A stretch of DNA of 64,000 nucleotides, taken from the NCBI GenBank assembly GCA_047495785.1, contig JBLDXI010000024.1:4402001-4466000 (forward strand), given 5' to 3'. How positions within the stretch are numbered: position 1 is the first letter of the stretch; each line of letters starts with the position of its first letter. Made by a program: the position numbers and the translations under genes. Positions 12,701 through 23,200 of this stretch are shown here, piece after piece. The stretch comes from Lepidodermella squamata. Lineage: Eukaryota; Animalia; Gastrotricha. The notes below the pieces were generated by a model. It made no database searches. It was not told the DNA's origin and worked only from the letters and a program-made list of their open reading frames with translations.

Positions 12701-15700
12701 ATGACTACAACGCTGCCAATTGGTCACATCGAAGCAATTGAAATTCGAATTCACAGCCGATTCAGGGCCCCCCATGGAAGCAAGCCTCTTCAGATGCAGA
12801 TAGACAAAGTTGTGATGGTCGATATCGAAAAGGGGCAAAAGTTCGTTTTCTTGACCAAGGCTCCCATGAAAAGTGGAGAGATGAAGTTCAAAGAGCTTGC
12901 GACTGAGGATGAGATCAAAGGCTTCAAGTACTTGGTCAGCGCTCATTCTCGAGTTGGCTTGTTCAGCTCTCATCCATGGCTATCGATCGGGAGACGCCCC
13001 CTCCCAAGTAGCTGGACCAGATGCGAACGCCTGGCATGTGTGGTTAGTGCCCTTTTCATGGCCATGCTAGTGAATGCAATGTTTTACGGGAAAGAGAGCA
13101 AATCACCCCGAGTCGGCGTCAATATCGGAGGATTCTTCCGCCTGTCCTGGTTCACGGTCTACACAAGTTTCATCGGATGCGTCATCGTCATCCCTCCAAC
13201 TGCGATAATGGCCTTCATTTTCAAACGAATTCGACGTCGATCGGCTGAGAATAGCCAATACACAACAATATTCAACGTGGCTCTGGGATTAAAGCGAAGA
13301 TATGTCGACAGTAATGATGAGAAGAAGTCATTTCAGCTTCCTTACTACTGCGCTATCATTGCATGGATTTGTAAGTCTATCATCTTATATCAATTTCTTG
13401 TTAAATTAAGCGTGTTATAGTGGTCGCTGGCTGTGTTGGAGTCTCTTCATTCTTCATCGTCATGTACAGCCTGATGTGGGGCAAGGAGAAATCGCTGCAG
13501 TGGCTCAGTGGAATGGTCATGAGTGTTGTTCAGGACATAGTTATCATTCAAACAGTCAAGGTTGCATTGTTGTCTATCTGCAGTTCAACTTTGTTGTCTC
13601 TGCCTGATGACGGTCTCGACATTGGCAAGGTGACATTCTCGAAGAATAGCTCCAATAAGAAATCAGAGCTTTTCAAGCGCATGCGGAACATCATCGCAGG
13701 AATTTTCCACCACATCATTTACGTTGTTGCGTTTGCAATTGTGATCTCAGCAACGCAGAACAGGCTGGCCTATCAACAAATCGGGGACTTGAAGCCTTTG
13801 GTTGAGATGCGTGATGTAGCCCAGATGGGCGTGATCAATGAATACAGTAAAATTTACTCGTGGCTGAATAACAAACTTCTGCCGCAATTTTTCACTGCCA
13901 ACCAGTTGAGCAAGGGCTTGAAATTCAACTTGAAAAATATCTATCAAGTTTTAAATCACGATGTGGTAGTTCTCGGCCCCGTTCGCTTGCGACAACATAG
14001 AGTCCAATCGGGTAAGTAGGCTTCATTTCATTAGAAAATGCATGTGAAAGCGTTGGAATATTCCAGCGCCTTGCCTGTTAGAGACTTCCCCGGCTCCTCA
14101 GTATGTCAAGAAATTTGCAGATCTTCTCGTGGTCAATACAACGAAATGTCAGAATCAATACGTTGGTCAACTTGGAGTCGGAGCGGACACTGAGACCAGA
14201 CAGTTTTCGAATTTCAATTGGACGTACAACGTGGATACCAATGCGTGGTTGCCAGAGAACGTAACGACAGAGCAGGCTCCGTGGATTCATCGAGAAGACA
14301 GTGGGATTCCTTACTCGGGCTGGCAAGCTACCTACACTAGCGGTGGTTACTACGTCGACATACCTGTCACCCTTGCGAAGGCTCAAGCCTTCGTTGCTGG
14401 GCTTCAGTCAAGGAGATGGCTTGACAATGCAACTTCAGTCTTGTTCGTCGATATGGTTTTATTTAATGCCCAGGTCAACTTGTTTATAGCAGTTAAAGTT
14501 GTGTTCGAAGCCTTGAGTGCTGGAGGAATGACTTATCACGCGAGAATGTACCCTCTGCAGCTGTACCAATACATTGGAGCCGGTTCAATCTTCATCTTCG
14601 CCATTCAAGCCATCTGGATATTGCTTGTTTTCTCGCATCTGGTCAAGGTTTTCATCAAAATGAAGAAGGAAGGATTCACAAAGTTCCGAAAAGATGGATG
14701 GAACTTGTTGGAGCTGTGCCAGATATTGATAGCCTTGGCCATCGTTGGCTTGTTCATTGCTCGAATTCTTGTTGTTATGAAGGCTGTTACTAGACTTCAA
14801 ACCGATCGAACTTCATTTGTAAATTTCGATCTTCTGGTCAATTGGGAAGCTTTGATGGCCAACTTGTACGGCATCACTTTTTTCATGACGATGTTGCTGT
14901 TTTTTCGCCATCTCACCTTCAACAAATATTGGTGTATCTTCTTGGGGACCCTCTCCAAGGGCAAAGGCGACCTGTCATCTTTCCTCTTCGCTTTTGTTCT
15001 AATAACTGTTCTTTTCGCTGAACTTGGTTACCTGAGTCTAAACACGACTTGTGACGAGTTTCAATCGTTCACCGCTTCGATTATGACCCTGGTTCAGAAT
15101 ATCATCGGAGTAACTGGGTCTCTGATGTCACTGAGTTTCACATCGCGCTTCATCATGTTGTTCTGCATGGCTTACTCAACAATTGTCATGTTTCTGGCTG
15201 TTCAGGTCTTCATGACAATCATTTCAGTTACATACAGCCAAGTTGCAGAAAATGTTGAAGAAAACACCAACTGGGACCATGAACTATCGAGCTACATGGC
15301 AGAAGAATTAACCATCACTGTTGCTAAACCCAATGTTGAGCAACGAACCACTGCTCCAGTTTTTAAACCTGTTGGAGAACGCAATTTGGCAAAACGTGAG
15401 AATTTTCAAAAAATGATGCTTCCATTACATCCTATTACCTTAGTGGAACTTTCAATCCACCGCTTGACGCGGCTTGTTGAGGCGAAAATATCGGACGAAA
15501 CCCTTGAACGCGTTGCGAAACGCGAACGTTGCCTAATGCATTGGATGGATTTGAAACTGCGCGCATTACGCAATCGAAGATGGACGAAACCTGCTCAGTT
15601 TAAGGTCAATGCTATGCCTAGTCCGAAATTGCTTTTGGGAATGCCCAGTAAGAAGCTGCTTGCCAGCTTCCCGGTCGGACAGGTTCGTGGAATGTACCCC

Positions 15701-15748
15701 AAGAAACAGGGCGGTGACAGACAATTGAATCCCTACTCTACACATTGA
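711..15748 (+). CDS. Polycystin-1-like receptor/channel subunit, copy 1 (multi-exon; EGF-discoidin-4xFReD-PAN-sushi-EGF ectodomain, PLAT, PKD channel domain); appears intact
   Basis: ATG 711 with signal peptide [17 protein letters not shown]. Many CxNGGxC EGF exons. FReD motifs ([31 protein letters not shown]). PNTIEF-TM1-PLAT (VLLRAYGD...[14 protein letters not shown]) followed by HPWLS..R...S.WTRCERL..., [40 protein letters not shown], which are PKD1/PKD1L hallmarks. About 30 GT-AG introns that keep the frame, plus one GC-AG intron. Stop at 15746-15748. Confidence 0.9.
1720..1935. mobile_element. Truncated, diverged copy of the 33653-34696 family (opposite orientation) in an intron of copy 1
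   Basis: TA|CCGTAAATTGGTGCAAAATGGCCACGGAAAAAATGACCCCC matches the reverse complement of ~34610-34696. Also carries GATTGTGAGGGTTGAATGGTCGAGTGG. Confidence 0.75.
3186..3194 (+). other. 9-nt phase-1 microexon (equivalents at 22749-22757, 48196-48204, 41274-41282)
   Basis: cacag|TTTTGCCCC|gtaagt. Reading through the downstream intron hits TGA. Exon length and flanking splice sites are conserved in all four copies. Confidence 0.8.
4486..4640. mobile_element. hAT-like MITE in intron of copy 1
   Basis: 8-bp TSD GCTATTTG on both sides (4478-85, 4641-48); short imperfect TIR CAGTGATCC / GGAGCGCTG. Confidence 0.75.
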
Positions 15749-16713
15749 AAGAGCTTTAATGACATATCAAAACGACTCATGTTAACATGACATAGACATT
15801 TCCAAGATTATTTTGATTGAAATTTGAAATGGAGATTTTATTCGCTTTTTTTATCGCAGCTAAGCTTCTGAATCCTTTTCAGTTTTCTGACGATAGTATT
15901 GAATAAAAACTGACAGGCATTGTAAAGACTTGTCCGCGATTCAAAGAGCAGTAACTTCCTTTCCAAATATATGCATGATTCTCTCCCAGAAGATGTAAGA
16001 TGTAACGATAGCATGCTGATAATTTCGAATCAGCGTAGATTTCTGGGCCGGAATAGCAATCCTGCAAATCCGGTTTCCTGGCTTGGCCTATTCCCTCTCG
16101 TAAGAAAGGCCAGTCGAGCCACTGTTAACACTTGACACATACTTGCAAATCCTCAGAGGGACCATTGGGCTTTCATTCGAGCAGTCTCAGAGGGAGATGC
16201 TGAGAAGGAGGCCTCGGATGTGAGGGTTGTCTCCTCATAACAGTTCACAATCCAACAGGCATATGCGAGATTCTGATTTAGCAAGCCGCCACCTCAGAAA
16301 AATTGAAAAAATCGCATATTGGTTGCGCATACACAGCAAACGTCTGCAGTTGTAGCTGCAAAGCGAGTGGTTGAGATAAGGTCTTAATGGATAAGTCTTG
16401 AGACAGCAGTCGCGGACTTTCGACTTTGTAATTGGTTTTTTACCCCTGGAAAAATCTTGCTGATAATTTCCTGACTTACTTCAACGAAAAAAATAGCGCC
16501 GTGGGATTTAGATTTAAGACACCTGGGATTTAAGACATGTTGACAACTTTGTTTACAGTAATTTGTCGTGTCTGTTTTTTTTTAGTTGCTATCTAAATGG
16601 CTAAAGCACGCCACCATATCAACGGCCTCTTAAGTAAATACTTTTAAAGTCCCGATAATTCTTTATCACCCTTCCAGAAAAAAGAGAGCCCTGTATCAAG
16701 ACAGAAAATCACC

Positions 16714-16750
16714 TATATAAACCCTGGCTACCGCAACACAGGATCATTTT
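16714..16750 (+). promoter_or_regulatory. TATA box plus Inr-like element of the transglutaminase gene
   Basis: TATATAAA at 16714-16721, TCATTT ~30 nt downstream (16744), ATG at 16778. Confidence 0.6.
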
Positions 16751-16777
16751 TTCACAGCGAGTAACTAATTTCCGACA

Positions 16778-18217
16778 ATGAGATCCGTCACAGCAGTCGC
16801 AGTATTCGCGCTATTCGCAGCTGTTGCATTCGGTGCTAAATGGGATAGAAACAACGACCCATCGAGATGGAGCCCAGCCTTCGAATATAAGCTCGAAAAA
16901 CTGCCGCTGAAGGGCAGCACAAAAACCAAGCCGTGGAGTGACACATATTGGCCAAGCTACCAAGGTGGCATCGCCAACCGTTGGCAAGACGAGCAGAACG
17001 ATTCGCCCGGCTTCAACTACCAGCTGCACACTCTGGACGAGCTGAAAAACGGCAGCATTAACATCAACATCCTGTCACCCGCCGAGAAGTTCGACATCTT
17101 CAACTCTCGCTACGACTACCCACTGCTAAACTCTGAATGGCAGCGTTGCAGCCCTGACGATGCGACGTGGGAGGGCATCTGCCACGGCTGGGCTCCAGCT
17201 GCGGTCTTCTACCAACAGCCGAATCCAGTGACGCTTAAAAACAAGGAAGGCCTCGACATCCAATTTGGCTCCAGCGATGTCAAGGCGCTGTTGTCCTATT
17301 TCTTGGCGCAATTCGCTCAAAACCAGGAGAAGACGCAATTCATCGCCAACCGCTGCAACGTCGATCTCAGGAAAAACCCGGAAAAGGGCAACAACCCCGA
17401 GTGCTGGGATGCCAACCCCGGAACATTTCACATCATGCTGGCAAATATGCTAGGTCTGTCTAGCACTGGTTTCGTCGCTGATATCGATCGAAGCTTGGAG
17501 GTCTGGAACCAGCCCATCGCCAGTTACGAGTACACTCTTGGCAACACCAGCGCGCCCAGCCAGAACGCCGCTCCAGGTACCGCGAAGGAGCAATCTGTCA
17601 GCTTCACAATGCACTACACTAAGGAAACCAGGCCAACCGTTTCAGCCCACGATGCGCTGATCCTAGACAAGCAGTACGAATACGTTCTAGACCTGGACGC
17701 CGATGGCAACATTCTCGGCGGCTCGTACGACGAGGAGCAATGGGATCGTCTCGACTTCATGTGGGCCGAGGAAGTGCCGGCTTTCTATGGCTACTTCGCG
17801 TCGCTGGACGCCATCTACAGGGCGGCGACTGGCACCCAAGACCAGCCACGCTTCTACTCTCGCGCGAGAACTCTGGCGAACTTCCACCCGAATGTCGTCA
17901 CCACCGGTAGCATCAGCCTGCCGTCGTACGACGACAACTCGCGCCATGCGTGGTTCGTGCCAGCTGCCACTGACTCGAGTCTCCGTCTTCGCTTCAATTC
18001 GTTCAACACTCGTCGCCACACGGACTTTGTTCGCGTTTTCGAGGTCGAGAACGGCAACATCGGCGCCCCTCTGGCTGTGCTCCACGGAAACACGCTGCCG
18101 AGTGAAATCGTTGTTCGCCCGGGTGTTTCTGCTCTCATCACGTTCAACGTCGACCATATGGCTGCTCGCCGCAAGTCGTCTGTATTCGGAACTGGTTTCG
18201 AGCTTTCTGTTTTGTGA
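16778..18217 (+). CDS. Secreted GP42-type transglutaminase ('transglutaminase elicitor' family) with C-terminal CUB-like domain, intronless
   Basis: 479-aa single ORF with signal peptide. Family motifs PWSDTYWPSYQGGIANRW, LSPAEKFD, WEGICHGWAPAA (catalytic Cys-His), DVKALLS, NPGTFH, VWNQPI (Pep-13-like) and YEYVLDLDADGNILGG. C-terminal GSISLPSYDDNS..W..LRLRFNSFNT...DFVRVF...ITF..D....GF pattern typical of CUB. Confidence 0.88.
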   Translation: MRSVTAVAVFALFAAVAFGAKWDRNNDPSRWSPAFEYKLEKLPLKGSTKTKPWSDTYWPSYQGGIANRWQDEQNDSPGFNYQLHTLDELKNGSININILSPAEKFDIFNSRYDYPLLNSEWQRCSPDDATWEGICHGWAPAAVFYQQPNPVTLKNKEGLDIQFGSSDVKALLSYFLAQFAQNQEKTQFIANRCNVDLRKNPEKGNNPECWDANPGTFHIMLANMLGLSSTGFVADIDRSLEVWNQPIASYEYTLGNTSAPSQNAAPGTAKEQSVSFTMHYTKETRPTVSAHDALILDKQYEYVLDLDADGNILGGSYDEEQWDRLDFMWAEEVPAFYGYFASLDAIYRAATGTQDQPRFYSRARTLANFHPNVVTTGSISLPSYDDNSRHAWFVPAATDSSLRLRFNSFNTRRHTDFVRVFEVENGNIGAPLAVLHGNTLPSEIVVRPGVSALITFNVDHMAARRKSSVFGTGFELSVL

Positions 18218-18307
18218 TCTGTAATCGGAAATACTTGATGAATATCAATTTGAGTGACACGCTTGTCACGACTTCCAGAAAGATAATGTTTCATTTCAAG
18301 AAGTTCC

Positions 18308-18313
18308 AATAAA
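18308..18313 (+). promoter_or_regulatory. Polyadenylation signal of the transglutaminase gene
   Basis: AATAAA ~90 nt after the stop codon. Confidence 0.5.
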
Positions 18314-19922
18314 TAATACCTATGTTTATTGCTGCACTATTTTTTCAGCCCGCATCTTGTTGGTGTCATCAGTGAGCGGCTTTCAGAGGAGGGGAGGAGG
18401 GAGAAGAGTACAGGGGCTATCATCGTGCGAAGCATGATCCGAAGAAAACCCAGCCGAAGAAACTAAATGTTCCAAGAAAAATGAGCGTGTTCGTTTTGAG
18501 CGTGTTCCAGTTTGCAGTGGAAAATGTTCAAAGTTTCCCGCATCGATCGTTTTCCGGGTGCAATCATTAGTCATTGAGGCAAAAGGCAAATACAGCAGAC
18601 AATTTCCCCTCCAGCGTCCAGTTATTTTCACCTCCATTTACTATATATCAGAGTTACTATATAAGGTTACAGGGACTGCGCTAAATGATGCAGCCTTAGC
18701 AAACAGTAACAATGTAGATTATTTTTACATTTTGCGCGTTTTGCGCGCCATAGCAGTGAGCCGGTAATAGAAAAAAATGGCGTAAAACTTTATTTTTGCA
18801 TCTTCGCCAAGTCAGTCGTGAGCCTGATCGCTAGAAAACAGTATTTTTATCTACGCATCAAACGCATTACGCAGTGCGTAGAATTTTCGACCACTCTCCT
18901 TTTTTATCGTACATTTCGTTAGAAGCGTTGGGTAGAACGTCGCCATTATTCGGCCTTCACTTGCTCCACCGTTGCGAAGGTTGGCGTGCGATCAAAGTTT
19001 TGACTCAGTCGAACAAACTCAATGGTGGCCAAGCATGACGTAAGCTTCGTCACGGTGCACGGTGCGTTCCAGTCGTCGAAACTGGTCCAGCAGGCCATCA
19101 CACTCCAATGATTTTATGAGATCTTTCTTCTTCGAGATATTTAATGCTAAAAGAATTGCGGAAATTTTCGACCATTCTCCTTTTTAATTGTCCCATTTCC
19201 GGCACGCTGTTATGGTACGTAGTTTCTTATGTGTAGCGCAGAGGAAGAAGTTCGCCTACAGTATCGATTTCGAAAGAGCTGAATTTCGAAAGGCCGAGAA
19301 TGTCTGCAAGCTACAGCGTTCCAACAAACAATACAATGCGACAAAGTTGCTAATCGTAAATTATTAATTAAATTCGCAGCGAAAAAAGAGCAAGTGAACC
19401 ACCTTGATGGAACGGGGCCAGCACATAATGCTTGTCTGTTTGACATACTTCCCTCTTATTTACGTGTAAATATTCTGATGCGGTGCTCATGTTGGTTGGG
19501 AAATAAAAGCAAAGGCAAAGCGTATTTCGATCTAGATCTAGATAGCTATCGGCTTGATCGCAGTAACGCGTCTTTGGTTAGCGAAAATCACATTAGATCA
19601 AAATCCACGCAATAACACAAATGTGGATTATGAAAATGAGCGTTCATTATAATAAAATGTTTACTAGGAGCGGGGAGTAAGACTAATAATCTTATTGCTT
19701 ATCGAGAAAGACGTAGGCATGTTCAAAGACTCGTGATTCTTATAGTCTGATTCGACAGCATGCGTGAGTTTCCAATTTCCAATAATTTCGCATATTTCAT
19801 TATATCTCTAGCGAATGCAATGCTAAATAGAGATACATGCAAACAACAAGATTTATTCTGAAATTTGAAAGTCTTACTTATATTGTAATCTTCATATCAA
19901 GCTACTTCAAAATTCGAAGTGC

Positions 19923-20221
19923 TAGGGTGTTGAAAAAATAATGGTTGGGCTATTTTTGGAGTTGAACTTTGGCCAGACAACACGCGATTGATGTTTAGCT
20001 AACCTGTCCGACCTGTCCACTTTGAGCATAAAAAGTGGTTATACAATTCCCGTCAATAATCTTCAAAGAGACTAAATTCTTACTTGAAATCTCATTGCCA
20101 ATTTTACCGAGAAAAACTGTGAAGAAATCCTAGAAGACGGATTTTGAAAAACAGACCCGTATCCGCCCAAACTCGGCCCGTGGACAACTCTGAGGCCAAC
20201 CATTATTTCTTGAACACTCTG
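19923..20221. mobile_element. hAT-like MITE upstream of copy 2
   Basis: Imperfect TIRs TAGGGTGTTGAAAAAATAATGGTTGG / CCAACCATTATTTCTTGAACACTCTG; no clean TSD. Confidence 0.55.
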
Positions 20222-23200
20222 GATACAAGTTTTCATCTTTTTGCGGTGCCACCGCTCTTATATAAAGTGCGTATCCAAATATAAGAGCGATGAGCTGATA
20301 AAAAATTGATTAGGATCCAATAGCTATGTAATACCAGTAATAGGAAAACGCGAAAGTTTCTCATTGTTCATAAACAGTGGAGATAAATTGTAGACATCAA
20401 ATGGAACCGCAGTTAGACTCGTAGACATTTGTTGTTAGCATAAAAAATGCGATACAAGTACCATATCTTCATAAAATGCTGTGGATTCAAAAATAACTTG
20501 GAGGAATACAGACGAAATGTATCTGTTTAATTATGAATGCCGGCCAACAATGGCTGACATCACACGAAGGAGCTGGCCAACCTCGAAGACAATTTACATT
20601 TTGAAATGTGTAAATAAGGAATGCAACATTGATGACAAAGCTATTGCTAGCCGGAAAATTCTAGCAAAATGAATGGATCTTGCTTGGCAACACGAGCTGG
20701 AGTGAATAAAATATAAGAAATACTGATGATTTTGCTGTCTACTTCCAATAACAATCCAGCATGAAATTTCAATTTGCCACTTTCATATTGATTGTAGCTG
20801 GAATCGAAGGTTTGTTTCGAATGAGTTAACCTCAATTAGGTTGTTTTTTTTGTAGGAGTAGGATGCTGTAGTCTCAATAGCGAATGCCTCAACGGAGGAA
20901 GCTGTATATCTAGCATTTGCTATTGCGCCGCGCCGTGGGGCGGATTGAACTGCCAAAGCAGTGGTTAGTAATAAAGTTTTAGTTTTCGTTCAAATCACAT
21001 CTTGGCAAATATTTGTCGCAGGCGGGACATATTGCAAATCCACTGGTAGCCAATATCCCCTATGCCTTAACGGTGGAACGTGCCCTAGTAAGGGCAACAA
21101 TGGTGGATCATGCTCTTGCACTGCTTCTTATACCGGGCGCTTCTGCGAGTCATGTTAGCTCAGCGCTTTGACATTTTCAAGTTCTATTACTCATTAGCAC
21201 AGATAATTGCCCAACACCCTGCCAGAACAATGGTACTTGCACGGCCCAGTTAACATGCAACTGCACAGCCGAGTGGACTGGGTCAGCATGCACATCAGGT
21301 AATTGATAATTCAAAAACGTTCAAGCTCAGATGTTTAGAAAATCTGAATCCTTGCTGCTTGGGCATGGGCTTGGGGCCTTTGGTTTCTTCGGCTGTGTGC
21401 TAGAAAGCACCTTGGCTCTCGGATCCTACTTCGCACACTGATTGCGATGAAGCAACTAATCCATGCTGCCTGATTCCTGATTTTGAACTTGCTTCATTGC
21501 TATATTCCCCACGCTCGCCCTAAAATTATGAAGAAATTACCTCAAATTAGATTCCCTCTACCCTCTGAATCTCACAACGTTAGGACCTGGCAGTTTCTCA
21601 CGGATTTTAATATCTGTGCTAAATTTGCCATCCTTTTATGAATACGATTCAAGCTTCAGACCCGCTACATGAATAGCATCCTAGCCTAATATCATTTTCC
21701 AGGCAGTGGTCCAAGCTCATAATTTTTGCCCAGACTAATGCTATACATTCATATTTTAATCAGCAATTTGTTCGAGTCCATGCCTGAATGGGGGGAACTG
21801 CACGGCGCCAAATACATGCACATGTCCAGTGAATTGGAACGGCTCAACTTGCGCTACATCCGCCTGCTCGCCTGTGTGCTCCAATGGCGGAACCTGTACA
21901 ACTAGCCTCACGTGCAACTGCCCTGCTAGCTGGACTGGTTCTCGCTGCACGACTCGTGAGAAAATTTGAAAATTCTGTTGAACTCTGAGACTAAACTTTG
22001 TGTATCATCAGCAATATGCACGTCGCCTTGTCAGAATGGTGGAACCTGCGTTGCTCCGAACACTTGCTCTTGTCCTGCCGGTTGGACCGGTCCAACATGT
22101 AGTACGTTCACATGCCAAGGCGGGTGCGCGAATGGTGGAACATGCGTTGGCCCTTCAACCTGCTCTTGCACCGGGCAATGGCAGGGTTCCAACTGCACTA
22201 CTCGTAATCTATTCTCAGAGAGCAATATGTTTTATAATAAAGTTCACTGAATTTAGCTGTCTGCCCTACGCCGTGTCAAAATGGTGGCACATGTTCATCG
22301 CCTGGCGTTTGCTCGTGTGCGCCAACGTGGATGGGAGCAATTTGTAACACGCCGACACCAACAAGTCCCGATAAAACGATGCTAAATAGTCTTTAGCAAT
22401 TTTTCTCTATTCTAGCTTGCACACAAAACTCAGAGTGCGCGAACGGTGGAACATGTACGAATGGGCTATGCTACTGTGTTGCTCCGTATACAGGGCCGGC
22501 TTGTTCATTGACAGGTAGGTGTTTTTCCTGGGTGAGTGATGTAATTATACAATGAAAAACGAAGGAACAAACATTTGCTCTTCGAACGGCCTGGATTATC
22601 CGTGGTGTTCAAACGGCGGAACCTGCATCACTGTTAACTCGGTGACTCAATGCAGCTGTCCAGTCGGAGTTAGCGGTAGATATTGCGAAATAGGTATTCC
22701 TGTTGCGTTACTGTACTATTTATATTTATCAAAACCCTATCCGTACAGCGTCGCCCCGTAAGCGATCCGATTAATTAGCTCATGTAAGGTAATGTCACTC
22801 TTCACGACAGGATGCGACAGTATAGAACTAACCGCAATGCCATGGTGTGGTCTTATCGGCTCGACTGGAAACGGATCTCTTGCTGTGACACCACTTGGCT
22901 GGGCCCCAGTGAACCCCGACAGCAAGCTGTTTTTGACTGTCAACTTGCCTTACGAGTTCACCGTTTCAACAATCGAAGTTGGAAAAGGCACCCTTTACGC
23001 AGGATACGTCAGTTCTTATGCAATTTCCTTCTACGTGAAGCATGCTCGGCTCGGCAATTCCTATTATCCCGTCTTAACCAATCAAAACGACTCGTCGTCA
23101 CCGTTGAAGGTTAGCATACTGTGTCAGATGATGGCCGTAATTTCATTACTATGTTTAGCTATTTCCTGGGTACAACGGTGTTAGCTCTACTACATCCAGA

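Noticed and set aside
15396-15443. ORF track reads through this segment (and 36635-36685) as coding
   Set aside because: It has GT..AG ends and unconserved peptide, and the equivalent in copy 3 (62053-62102) is 50 nt with a stop. It is an intron that happens to be in frame.
11303-15748. PKD ORFs as a gene separate from the upstream EGF/FReD ORFs
   Set aside because: Short GT-AG introns join them in frame (e.g. GAA GAC|gtgagt..ctcag|TCA TCG AAG), there is no separate signal peptide, and the arrangement repeats in all copies.
16778-18217. Bacterial contamination explaining the intronless gene
   Set aside because: It has TATA/Inr and polyA signals, no operon context, and a decayed duplicate 24 kb away fused to host-gene sequence.
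18870-19200. GC-richer stretch with a short direct repeat (AATTTTCGACCA.TCTCCTTTTT) that may be decayed coding sequence
   Set aside because: No ORF or motif I can assign; it would need a database search.
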